A DNA stretch of 64,000 nucleotides from Epithemia pelagica (lineage: Eukaryota; Protista; Bacillariophyta): NCBI GenBank assembly GCA_946965045.2, contig OX337237.1, positions 1,302,001 through 1,366,000 of the forward strand, given 5' to 3'. Both the position numbers and the translations under genes were made by a program. The number at the start of each line of letters is the position of its first letter. Position 1 is the first letter of the stretch. A model generated the notes under the pieces. The model saw nothing but the letters and a program-made list of their open reading frames with translations, was not told where the DNA came from and ran no database searches. Below, piece by piece: positions 1 to 9,467 of the stretch.

Positions 1-1409
1 ACAAGTGCACTTCCACTCCTGGCAAGCCACCAGCACAAGGCCGATTGGATCCACACTCCAATCAACCTCTTTTTACGGCCGAAACACATCAAGCACTGGA
101 AAACTGTAAAGAGAAGGCAAAGTTCCTTGCTGATCCCTTGCCCGTGGAGAAAATGTATCGTGAGATACCTCCATCACCAAGATCAAGCAACCAGCTGGTG
201 GAGTACGTACCTTTGAGAGGAGAGAGTAAGCTCGAGAGCTTTCATGACAATTTGACGCATTTTGCCAACTGTGGCATGCGAGAAACTCTCGCAGATGCTT
301 TGAATTTGGCAGGCACGGCCCAGTATAACAGGGCAATTCGTCACAAGATGAGAATCATGACGAAGTCTCAAGAAGAACGTTCAGTGGTGCCTGCAGGATG
401 GGAAATGGTGGTGAGTTTTGGTAACGCATGCAAAACAAACATGATCAATATACTTGCCTCGATGTCTGGAGCTTCTCGTCCTCCCTTTCCAGAGGTTGAG
501 AAGCTTCCAGAAGATACGGGAGAACGGTTTTTCTCCGAGTACCTGGAAACGAGAAAAGAAATCACGCAACAAGTTCCAAAGCATCCACTCAACGATCGAT
601 GCCAGTGCCGAAAATGTGCGAGCAACAAGAAGAGGTTGCCGCATGACACGTCCATTCCATTGTTGGGTTTGGCAGAGGAGGAGTCAGAGGTCGAAGATGA
701 AATCCAACAACAGGACAGCGAGGAGAATCCAGCCAAAATACAACAACCACAGACACAGCCAGAAACACAACAACAGACACGGCAAGAAACACAACAACAG
801 ACACAACAACAAGAAACAGCACAAGCACAGGCAATCAGTAGCAATAAGAGAAAGGAAAGAGAGGGAGAAGAAAAAGAGAGCGACGATTTGGATGAGAACA
901 ACACCAGCAACAAAAAGCAAAAGGTTACAAACAACAGCGAAGCCTTACCAACAACAACGATGGCAGCAACAAATCAATCAGCAGCGACAGTGCAGGATCA
1001 ACAACAACAACACAAAGAGCCTCAAAATGCAGCAAACAGCACACCTGCAATGGCAACAACAGCAAATGGGTTGGTGGTACTGCAATTGACAACAACAACA
1101 ACGACAACAAGACAGAAAAACCAACCTGTCAACCCGTACAAGCAAAATCAGCAACGGCCAACAACACTCCCCGATCAACAGCAATACCCCTTTGCATTCA
1201 ACAGCAATCCCCATGGCTGGGGTGGTCTTCAATCCGTCCCGAGATGCATGCCCACCTTTCCTCCATTCGGACCACCACCTCGTGTCCAAACCCAGTTCTG
1301 TTGCGTCAAGTACATGAAGTACTGCGTAGAACGAGGGAAAGGACGTCCACCCCATGACCGACGCTGCCTCAAACGAGCCTTGAACAAGGCACCATCTTCA
1401 TTCTCTTGA
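1..1409 (+). CDS. 3' part of Mutator-like DDE transposase (copy 1, runs off window start)
   Basis: Identical to the C-terminal half of ORF 19307-21760. Contains PLRGESKLESFH (putative catalytic E), a Q/T-rich linker and a C-terminal CCxxY...GRPPHDxxC Zn-like motif. Confidence 0.65.
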   Translation, partial: KCTSTPGKPPAQGRLDPHSNQPLFTAETHQALENCKEKAKFLADPLPVEKMYREIPPSPRSSNQLVEYVPLRGESKLESFHDNLTHFANCGMRETLADALNLAGTAQYNRAIRHKMRIMTKSQEERSVVPAGWEMVVSFGNACKTNMINILASMSGASRPPFPEVEKLPEDTGERFFSEYLETRKEITQQVPKHPLNDRCQCRKCASNKKRLPHDTSIPLLGLAEEESEVEDEIQQQDSEENPAKIQQPQTQPETQQQTRQETQQQTQQQETAQAQAISSNKRKEREGEEKESDDLDENNTSNKKQKVTNNSEALPTTTMAATNQSAATVQDQQQQHKEPQNAANSTPAMATTANGLVVLQLTTTTTTTRQKNQPVNPYKQNQQRPTTLPDQQQYPFAFNSNPHGWGGLQSVPRCMPTFPPFGPPPRVQTQFCCVKYMKYCVERGKGRPPHDRRCLKRALNKAPSSFS

Positions 1410-1988
1410 TTGACCTGAATACCTGCATGACAAACAACAAAAAGAAAAATTCGTAGTGAGTAACATCGTAGCAAAAAGAATTATGACAAGATCTTGTGCG
1501 AGGTGCAAGCAGTTCCGATTGTGATGCGAAGCACAGACTGGATACGCCTCATCACATGCTACGTAGAACCACGTGAAAGGTCATCGGATGGTCGGGAGGA
1601 TTGTACCAGTGTAGAATGTCGTTTCAATAACAAAAAGGTGCTGAAACGACATGAAGGGCTTAATAGTTTTGGAGGGGAAGTGCCTTCTCCCCTCTGAGGG
1701 AAGCTTGGAGCTTCCTAGAACATTTCATACGTCAGAGGAAACAAACGTGAGACTGCGAGCAATACGCGGATCGATTTCATGAAGGAATCTGACTTACGGA
1801 ATCTCCTTCTTCTCTCCTTCTCTCTCCCCCTCCTCTCCCCCTCTCCTCTGCCTTCTCCCCCCCTATTTTCTCCCAAGGCTGGGAGGAACTGGACGGCAAG
1901 CGGACGTGCCGACGATGGACGGACGTTTCGAGTGACGTCGACCAGCACTGAGCCAAGAAGTGGTGGCTGAAAAGAAAGCAAATCCAAG

Positions 1989-2340
1989 CAGGGTTGTGAA
2001 GTAACTATATATGACATAGTGAATGGACTTAGCTACTTTCAAGTACTATTTAAATTTATAGACGACTTTACTTAGTGATTAGCAAGTCACTGTAACACTT
2101 CCAGTGAATTTACTTAATGACTAGTAAGTCTACTACCCGTTGCTATAGAATTTACTTAGAATTAATTCGTCAAGTCAATTCCCCCCGTCTCCCTCATTCG
2201 ACTTAATAACATTACAGGCACGATGGAATTTGACTTTGACTTTAATACTAAATTCTTCATAATTCCCTGTTAATTCTCTGACTTAAACCGTTTAAGTCAA
2301 AGTGACTTAAGTCACATAATGCAAGACACAACTGTGCACT
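1989..2340. repeat. Left subterminal GACTT/AAGTC motif array of hAT element
   Basis: Many GACTT/AAGTC pentamers in both orientations (e.g. TTGACTTTGACTT, AAGTCAAAGTGACTTAAGTC), typical of hAT transposase binding sites. Confidence 0.8.
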
Positions 2341-2855
2341 AATGGTTAAGGAATCGCTGTGCTTCTGCACTCTGCACTCTGTACTGTGTCTGCGCCAACT
2401 CTTCTGCACTCTGCACCTCTGCACCTCTGCACCTCTGCAAATTTGCAATGTACAGAATGGCTTGTGTAAGCACGAACAAGAACAACATTGTATTCGAATC
2501 TCGATGTCGAGTTCGATACATAATTCACTGTCCCTATACTCTAATCAGATTCCTAGAAGAGGAACTTGAAGGGCATCCTTCATCTGTATCTGAACCCGAG
2601 GAAATGGTTGACGAAGACAACGTCTTAGTGGATGCTATTTCCAATATACTTCTAAGATGGCTAATGCGTTCGAACAAGACAATTACAATCAAGCAAGTGA
2701 ATACTTTCACGTCAAGGACACACATCTGCCAAGTCAACAGCATCCCTTCCAACGAGGTCATAAAATAATTTTCCCTCGGTATTCTCGAAGCCACAGCTTC
2801 AGACAGTTCGCCATATACCATCAACTATGAAGTCCCAGAAGGAGCCAATCCATAC

Positions 2856-4223
2856 ATGGAGATATTTTGTTTGCCTACATTCCACCGACAAGACTGTTCG
2901 ACCTTCCTTACCACACTCTGTGCCGAATATACCCTGGACCAAAGAGATACTTGCTCAATCTCACCACTCACCCACATAATGTCTTGGATGATTCGATCCG
3001 ACACGCGATTCGTTGTGCAAACTCCAATCACGGTTGGCCAGGAAGGTCCCCTATTCAGATTTGTTCCCGATACCATTTTCCCTTTCATCGATATGTTCGA
3101 AAAGGAAGTTCTGTCCATAATCCAAGAACATGACAATCAAATCACTTCCCCTGGTGGGTCTCCGACCACCAAACCAAATAATTCATCCTCTCCATCCTCT
3201 TCCACACGCAAAACCACAACGAATACATCCTTGTTCCACCCATACTCTACCCGGAAACGAACGAGACTAATTTCACAACTGATTCAATCCGCCTCCCGAT
3301 CCAAAATAAAAATTCAATACAACAAACTAGGTTATGATTCGACGGAGAAGCGCCACATGCCTGGTGAACCACCGAAACTACTACCCCTCCGAAATGTATA
3401 TCTGGCTCCTATTCCACCATTGGCTCCACAAATAAAGGAAAAACAACTCAATCTTCTTTCCGGTCTTCTTGATTTTCGGCAACACCTTCTCGATAAGAAC
3501 ATCATTTCCCCACGAGACAATTGGGAACGATGGATGGACGATTATCTCCACAACCAATCGAACTCTGACGACATATCCCAACAACCAGACCGAGCTTTCA
3601 TGTGCCTGATCATCATCATCATGAGTTCGAGTACGTCAGATGCACAACTCAGCAAAATTATCCCACGCCTTTTCTCCATTGGCCTCACATCTGCAACGGC
3701 TTGTTATGACATCGCATCCCGTTATGGCATGAATGCATTCTGTTCCATAATTTCTGATGCTGGTCGCTACTACAACAATGCCGAAAGAATAGTCAACTCA
3801 GCTGACTATTTCATACAGCGCCACGATGGGATCATTCCGTCCAATATTTGCGCTCGCCAATTTGAACAGCTGATTGGGATTGGCCACAAAACTGTCATGA
3901 TTGTTCTATCTTTGGCGTTTTCCCAAGATGAAGGAATACCCTGTGATATTCATGTTTTCCGATGGTGTTTTCATTTGGAATGGACCCATGGCTACAAAAT
4001 GGAGAGCGACTCTTTAAGATGTTCGCACCTTCTCACCTCATGGATTCCACGAAACATATGGAAACAGATCAATCCCCTCTTTGGTTCCTTGGGCCAGCTC
4101 CTTCAATCCAATGAGACCCGACCCACTGTTTTATCAGCACTCGATTCCTATAACGACACACATTCCGGTAATAATTTGAAGACACTGATTCCTATGATGG
4201 CAAACATTTATCAAAGATCTTAG
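2856..4223 (+). CDS. HhH-GPD DNA glycosylase/AP lyase, Endonuclease III/NTH1-like, lacking the 4Fe-4S motif (transposon cargo), copy 1
   Basis: Collinear with NTH1 motifs: FMCLIIIIMSSSTSD~FQVLVSLMLSSQTKD; HDGIIP~YGGDIP; HhH LIGIGHKT~LPGVGPKM (K345); GIPCDIHVFRW~GIAVDTHVHRI (D364); SWIPRNIWKQINPLFGSLGQ~[20 protein letters not shown]. No C-terminal Cys cluster. The upstream ORF 2448-2768 is in the same frame, separated by one TAA. Confidence 0.9.
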   Translation: MEIFCLPTFHRQDCSTFLTTLCAEYTLDQRDTCSISPLTHIMSWMIRSDTRFVVQTPITVGQEGPLFRFVPDTIFPFIDMFEKEVLSIIQEHDNQITSPGGSPTTKPNNSSSPSSSTRKTTTNTSLFHPYSTRKRTRLISQLIQSASRSKIKIQYNKLGYDSTEKRHMPGEPPKLLPLRNVYLAPIPPLAPQIKEKQLNLLSGLLDFRQHLLDKNIISPRDNWERWMDDYLHNQSNSDDISQQPDRAFMCLIIIIMSSSTSDAQLSKIIPRLFSIGLTSATACYDIASRYGMNAFCSIISDAGRYYNNAERIVNSADYFIQRHDGIIPSNICARQFEQLIGIGHKTVMIVLSLAFSQDEGIPCDIHVFRWCFHLEWTHGYKMESDSLRCSHLLTSWIPRNIWKQINPLFGSLGQLLQSNETRPTVLSALDSYNDTHSGNNLKTLIPMMANIYQRS

Positions 4224-4300
4224 TAAAACTTAACGGTTAATCATGCAAACATGCAACTTCATTGCCTCATTGTTAGTGAATCATAAATGGAATAAGTGTA

Positions 4301-7300
4301 TCACGGCAGTGATTTAAGTGTGGTGTTGGAGCGGGTACGTTTGCTCGATGGACTATGGGTTTTCTTGCTACTCGTATCCTTCCTTTTCCCATCTTGTTTC
4401 TTGCTCGTGCTTGCAATTTGTTTTTCACTTGCTTCAGGAGTTGAGAAATCAGCGGCAACAGCCAGAGGAGTCGTGATGACGGGAGCATCCTTGGAAGTTC
4501 CCTCTATGGGTAAGTTGGCGTCGTCCTTCAACAGACCAACAGCCGTAGGACTGATCGCAATGCCGGTAGATTCTACCTTTACTTCTTCCATTTGTTCCTT
4601 CAAGGCTTTCAACAATCCACAATCACCGTCATCTCCATCGTCTCCCTCATCCTGGTCTTTGTCTTGCTCGTCGATAGGAATTTGAACGACCACAATGTCG
4701 TCTGCTTCTAGAGGAGGAGCAAGATCATCATCATTGTCTGTATCAGCGTAGAACTTCATCAATGTTGTTGTTTCTTCGGCTGTCGTGCTGTTTCCGGCTA
4801 CTTCTGGATCGACCGGAACAGGTCTTGTTGTTGTCGTACTCTCCGCCACTGAGACCGAATCTTGCCTGTCATTGTATTGGCTTGTTCCTTCATCCATAAC
4901 CTTCTTCTTACCGAACTCTTGTAGTTCCATAGCGGCCTTCTGAATGGCCATTGCCATTTGTAACTGTCGACCTTGCATCTGCCGCCCATGTTGGTCCAGG
5001 TCCACTGGTGTCGTCTTATTCTTCTCTTGAAACGGCAATTTCCCATCTTGTTCCGTGCTGGATAGCTGGTCTGTGGCCCCAGTGCTAATGTCTTGTGCTG
5101 GTGTAGTTTCCGCTGTTATATTGATCGGTTCACTTGATGTTCCGCTTCCTGTTCCACTACTTGTTCTTTGTCGCAACGGTGTTTCGGTAGTGCTTTCAGA
5201 AGCCACTGGTTGACTGGCTACTGCAACTGCAACACTTGCAGTGGCTTGGACTTGGCTGCTTGTGCCGTCTCCCTTTGTGCCACTCTCGTCTATCGCAGTC
5301 ATGTCGATCACTTCCTTTTTCTCTGTTTCTTCTTTCTCTATTTCGGCTTCTCTCTGAAGAATCAATTTGCGCAACGGCCTAGTCAACTTTTCCAAAGTTC
5401 GCATCTCGTTGTGTTTCTCATACATATTGCCCATTAATTTGTTCTGGTGATACCAAGTGCTTGCAGAGAACACTCGTTCTTGAAAGGCATTAGTCGGAGG
5501 TTTGGTAAGCCAAATGAGAGCTGAAGGGAGCATGAAAGGATATTCCGAACCATGAACCTTCCACCATTTCATGACGTCGAAATATCGTGCTATGCCAAGG
5601 TAGTAGTTGTCACGGCAGTGTTCATTGAACTCGTCCCATTCCAAACGCCCCCATTTCTGAGATTCCTCCTTGAATTCATCTGTCAAATACTTCTTGATCA
5701 CCACCTCCCATCTATGATCAATCATAAGGTCACACAGTTTCTTGAAATCGGTCCAACATTGTTTGCATGCCTCGCGGAGGTCCGCAACAAGTTTTGCCTC
5801 TGCGCCAGCGTTACTGGCCTTGCCAGACAGTCCAAGCAAGTCCTGTTGTTTTTTCTCTCGTGCTTCTCTGATCTTGGCAAAGGCACTTGCCACCTTCGAT
5901 TTTTTCTTAGGTTTTGCACTCGAGTTCGTAGTAGGTGTGGAGTCTGTTGTTCCCCCACTGTTGCCAGTCTGTTTTGCAAACACTGTACCAAGGCGCGAAA
6001 CTCGTTTGTTCGAAAACTTGGCAACCATATCCTCCACAAACATCGTCTTAACACGGGAGATATCGTCGTCGTCATAGGCATCCAAATCTTTGAAGAGTCC
6101 TTCAAAAATATTGGCCAGGAGTGGGTTGCAGCACATGGCTTTCTCTGCATCTTCGTCTTTTTCTTCGAGAACGTACGTCTTGTACTCTTTGATAATCCGA
6201 CGGATGAGTTTCCGACTAGTCGAATGCAAGTCCTCAAAGGCAATTGGGTTGCGTTGTTCGTCCAGGTCATCCATGTTCTTTGTGGCATCCCACTTCTTGA
6301 TTGGGTTGTCCAAATTTTCTTTCATGGGCAAGCATTCGATGTCCTCAATTTCCATCAACTTGGCAACATGACGGGCACTGTACAACTCCAATAAGGACGC
6401 AGATGAAGAACCGGGAGCATCGACTTGGAGCGATAGAGACACTGCCTTTAGAGGGGATAGAATGGCTTCAAATTGGGAAAGAACTTCCCATACATCCGGA
6501 TTGGGATAGCGGCGTTTGAAGCCTAGGTCTCCATTTATAGTACTTGCAGCGTATTCATCCATAATCCATTTGTTGCGAAGGAGGCCAATGATGAGTAGGA
6601 TGCATCCAGATACCCTTGTTTCATTGGGGAGTGGAATCATGATGATCACAGCTCCCATTTTGTTTGCGAAATCTTTGAAATTCTCCCATCGTTGTGGTGC
6701 TCGACTGCTCATGAGCCATGCAGCAAACTTCTTTGCAATACCATAGGCTTCAACAAATTCTGGATTGGCGTCGATGATAATCTTGTTTCTGCTTCGTTGT
6801 ACCAAGCCGGTGGCATGTTTCAGAATCAGTTCGGCCTTGTGCATGTCACACTTGCCTTTACTGCCACTGCCACTCCCATGACGTGGAATGCCGAGAATGT
6901 ACTTGCCTGCAAGCACGGCTGATGCCGTGTTGTCGTTTACAGAGGCGCATAAGTCACTCTGAGAAAATCCGACTTGATTTAGTAGAGCGTGTGTCAACTT
7001 GGCGACATCGGCAGCCGAGTGACCTTGTATTTCAGCCAGGCCAATGGGAATTCTATAAACTTCACAGTTTCTGGGATCTGTGAACATTATAGTGACACCC
7101 AGAATGTCGCCCCTGGGGCCGTTCCATATGTCGTGGCATAAGGTCCCAAAAGGTACGTTCTGCTTGCATAGCTTGTGATAAGCATTGCGAACGTTATTGC
7201 CAAGTTCTGACACGACGAAGAGGAACTCTTCATAAGAATTCAAGCGCATTTTGGTGATCTCCCTTCGACTCATATTTTCAGCCTTGGAATCTTTGAGCTG

Positions 7301-8035
7301 GAGGCCATGGGAGGTTGCGAACTGAAGTAGTGACCGAAATTCTGGCTTCTCTACTGTCGATGCTGGTAGGCAGCAATCATTCACGAACTCATATATGAGT
7401 CGTCGGAATTCCTTGCGAATACCTGATCGTGTTACAATTTGATTCGTTGCATATTGGCCAAGAGTAGCCTGTGTGTCCGGTTTCTCGTCGTCAAACGTCA
7501 AATCTTGGTGACTCCCAGTTCGGTGCTGGGAGATATTGGAAGTTTTGCCAGAGCAACCGATGATGGATTTGGCCAAGGTTGTATCCGGATCGTGGAAGCA
7601 AACAGGGCATATGATGCAGAACCGACAGACATCTTGGTACTTGGCTAGCTTCTTCGATACAACCGGTTTCTTCCTGCCTTGTTGAGAAGGTTTTTTCTTC
7701 GGCCATAATTTCTTGATTACAACATGTTTGTAGGATTGGAATAAGCTGGTGACTCCCTTGTACATTGAGAAGTCTCGTTTCTCGTCAATGGATTCTTCGT
7801 GAAACTTGTCGAACTTTTCCCAATCGATGTGGATCCCCCATTTCCATAGAGGAGTAGGATTCTGAGTGAAAAATTCGGGAAGTGGGGAGGAAAGAATGGG
7901 AATGAGCTCCTTCTCCTGTTTGTATAGAGATTGGCGAGCCTTGATCTTGTTCGCCGTTGCAGTATCCAATGGTGGATCATCAGTCGAGCTTTTCTTGCTC
8001 GATGTTCGGCTCAACGACTTCCTCTTTGGAGCCAT
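4301..8035 (-). CDS. hAT transposase with BED-type Zn finger and long acidic C-terminal tail, copy 1
   Basis: Likely start MAPKRKS (ATG 8035, NLS-like). Zn finger CIICPVC...NISQHRTGSH. Catalytic-type motifs CHDIW (D), SVNDNTAS (D), CDMH (CxxH), NETR, WWKVHGSEYP and PPTNAFQERVFS (E). Confidence 0.92.
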   Translation of the reverse strand: MAPKRKSLSRTSSKKSSTDDPPLDTATANKIKARQSLYKQEKELIPILSSPLPEFFTQNPTPLWKWGIHIDWEKFDKFHEESIDEKRDFSMYKGVTSLFQSYKHVVIKKLWPKKKPSQQGRKKPVVSKKLAKYQDVCRFCIICPVCFHDPDTTLAKSIIGCSGKTSNISQHRTGSHQDLTFDDEKPDTQATLGQYATNQIVTRSGIRKEFRRLIYEFVNDCCLPASTVEKPEFRSLLQFATSHGLQLKDSKAENMSRREITKMRLNSYEEFLFVVSELGNNVRNAYHKLCKQNVPFGTLCHDIWNGPRGDILGVTIMFTDPRNCEVYRIPIGLAEIQGHSAADVAKLTHALLNQVGFSQSDLCASVNDNTASAVLAGKYILGIPRHGSGSGSKGKCDMHKAELILKHATGLVQRSRNKIIIDANPEFVEAYGIAKKFAAWLMSSRAPQRWENFKDFANKMGAVIIMIPLPNETRVSGCILLIIGLLRNKWIMDEYAASTINGDLGFKRRYPNPDVWEVLSQFEAILSPLKAVSLSLQVDAPGSSSASLLELYSARHVAKLMEIEDIECLPMKENLDNPIKKWDATKNMDDLDEQRNPIAFEDLHSTSRKLIRRIIKEYKTYVLEEKDEDAEKAMCCNPLLANIFEGLFKDLDAYDDDDISRVKTMFVEDMVAKFSNKRVSRLGTVFAKQTGNSGGTTDSTPTTNSSAKPKKKSKVASAFAKIREAREKKQQDLLGLSGKASNAGAEAKLVADLREACKQCWTDFKKLCDLMIDHRWEVVIKKYLTDEFKEESQKWGRLEWDEFNEHCRDNYYLGIARYFDVMKWWKVHGSEYPFMLPSALIWLTKPPTNAFQERVFSASTWYHQNKLMGNMYEKHNEMRTLEKLTRPLRKLILQREAEIEKEETEKKEVIDMTAIDESGTKGDGTSSQVQATASVAVAVASQPVASESTTETPLRQRTSSGTGSGTSSEPINITAETTPAQDISTGATDQLSSTEQDGKLPFQEKNKTTPVDLDQHGRQMQGRQLQMAMAIQKAAMELQEFGKKKVMDEGTSQYNDRQDSVSVAESTTTTRPVPVDPEVAGNSTTAEETTTLMKFYADTDNDDDLAPPLEADDIVVVQIPIDEQDKDQDEGDDGDDGDCGLLKALKEQMEEVKVESTGIAISPTAVGLLKDDANLPIEGTSKDAPVITTPLAVAADFSTPEASEKQIASTSKKQDGKRKDTSSKKTHSPSSKRTRSNTTLKSLP

Positions 8036-8289
8036 GGTTGGGCGCAAGAGGTGCAGGGTGCAAAGTGACAAAAGGGGGACGGTGGTGAAAGGATGCTGGC
8101 TGCTTGTCGTTCTAACTGTGAGGAGTGAGAAGTGAGGACACGACAAAACAAGGCCAAGAGTCAAGGGTCATTCTGATAGGTGTTGGGGAAGAAGGTATGT
8201 GTAGGTCATCAGTTGATTGTTGTTTGTTTTGTCAGTTTCGAGGTGCTTTGTATGAAGAATACACGGTACACGGTGATTATCGGTGTGTC

Positions 8290-8675
8290 TGTACTTTAGG
8301 AGAATGGAATAACTGACTTAGGGAATTTTGGTAGAATGGAATAACTGACTTAGGGAGTTTGGGTAAATGACTTACTATAATGACTTCAAGTAGGGAACTT
8401 TGGGCCTAATGGAAGAAGACTTGGGAATGACAAGTCGTCCGGTCATAGTGAATGAGATTGACTTGGGGAATGAAAGTCATGTAAATAACGAAGGAGACTT
8501 GACTTGAACAGAGTAAGTACTGGTGGTATAGAGTATAGAATAGAATAAGGAATTGTCATTCCGTATTCTACGGCATGAGGAATGGAATGGGACATGGGAC
8601 TTGCAAAAAAGTGGCAAAATCAAGTCAAATTTGGTGTTGACTTTGGAATTAGTGACTTATGACTTCACAACCCTG
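8290..8675. repeat. Right subterminal GACTT motif array of hAT element, with a direct repeat GAATGGAATAACTGACTTAGGGA x2
   Basis: Visible at 8303-8357, plus many GACTT/AAGTC copies up to the TIR. Confidence 0.8.
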
Positions 8676-9467
8676 AATCCAAGGAATGATAGTTTATCGT
8701 GGGCGATGCAGTGATGCAAATAATCTGGTTTGAAGTTGTTACTCGTACTCTCGCAGGCCTCGATAAGTCTTCACTGCCCTGATGTCACTCAGAACAGGCT
8801 AAAGCAGACGGGCATACAATACATAAATTCTCCATCCCACACCGAACACTAATGGTAAAGTAAATGGATGCCGACTAGGCTCTTGTAGGATTTTAAGGCC
8901 AATCTTGTCCCATCAAGAAAGGCGACTGATATTAAGCGAATTTTGGGCGAGTAGCTAACCCATGAGGGACGCGTAGCTTAGAGCTCACTAATTTCAGTTT
9001 TTCACTTAGACGCATGATCGTAATTTGGTTTATCAGACCCAATGCAATAACTAATGAGATGCTATACCCACCATGGCCTGGGAAGGTCGCGAAATATCTA
9101 GATCATTCGCTTGGAAGAATGACTGCCCAAGGTTGGACACCTGTACTCCCGTTCATCTCACTAATATCTCGCCTGCAACGGGGCTCGAGATGGATGAATG
9201 TGGTGTGTGGTCCGCGTATGCGCACACACCGGGCAATGGCGGACGCGCCGAACATCCTGCCGTTGGGGATGAAGCTATACGGACATGTTCATTACTTAAA
9301 TGACGTGCGCCGTCCTAGCACACCATGCAAGCTCTCCAACTCCGATTCTACCGCACGCTCGCAAGTAGAACTGAGACCATGACGTGTAAATTCCCCAAAG
9401 AAGAAGAAAACCTCACTTCGCTGGAAAGTCTGAACGAGTCCGAAAAAGACAAAGAATCCTCGCAACC

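Larger units (their letters stand above)
1989..8675. mobile_element. Complete autonomous hAT DNA transposon (6,687 bp) with DNA glycosylase cargo, copy 1
   Basis: TIRs CAGGGTTGTGAAGT (1989-2002) and ACTTCACAACCCTG (8662-8675). Perfect 8-bp TSD AATCCAAG at 1981-1988 and 8676-8683. Dense subterminal GACTT/AAGTC motifs at both ends. hAT transposase ORF inside. Confidence 0.95.

Noticed and set aside
740-1115. CAA/ACA repeats as an independent satellite
   Set aside because: They encode the Q/T-rich linker of the transposase.
1699-1720. Helitron 3' end (hairpin + CTAG)
   Set aside because: CTAG is followed by A rather than T, it overlaps the hairpin, and no Rep/helicase is present.
2856-4223. 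Calling the cargo a DEMETER/ROS1 ortholog
   Set aside because: The motifs align with NTH1. The DME-specific domains (Fe-S, permuted CXXC, RRM-fold) are absent, so 5mC activity is only a hypothesis.
5552-6394. 280-aa plus-strand ORF and the many other short antisense ORFs as genes
   Set aside because: Shadow ORFs opposite well-supported coding sequences, with no recognisable motifs.
8290-8675. Regularly recurring short repeats as a CRISPR-like array
   Set aside because: They are 5-bp GACTT/AAGTC motifs in both orientations beside hAT TIRs. There are no constant repeat-spacer units and no cas genes, and the context is eukaryotic.
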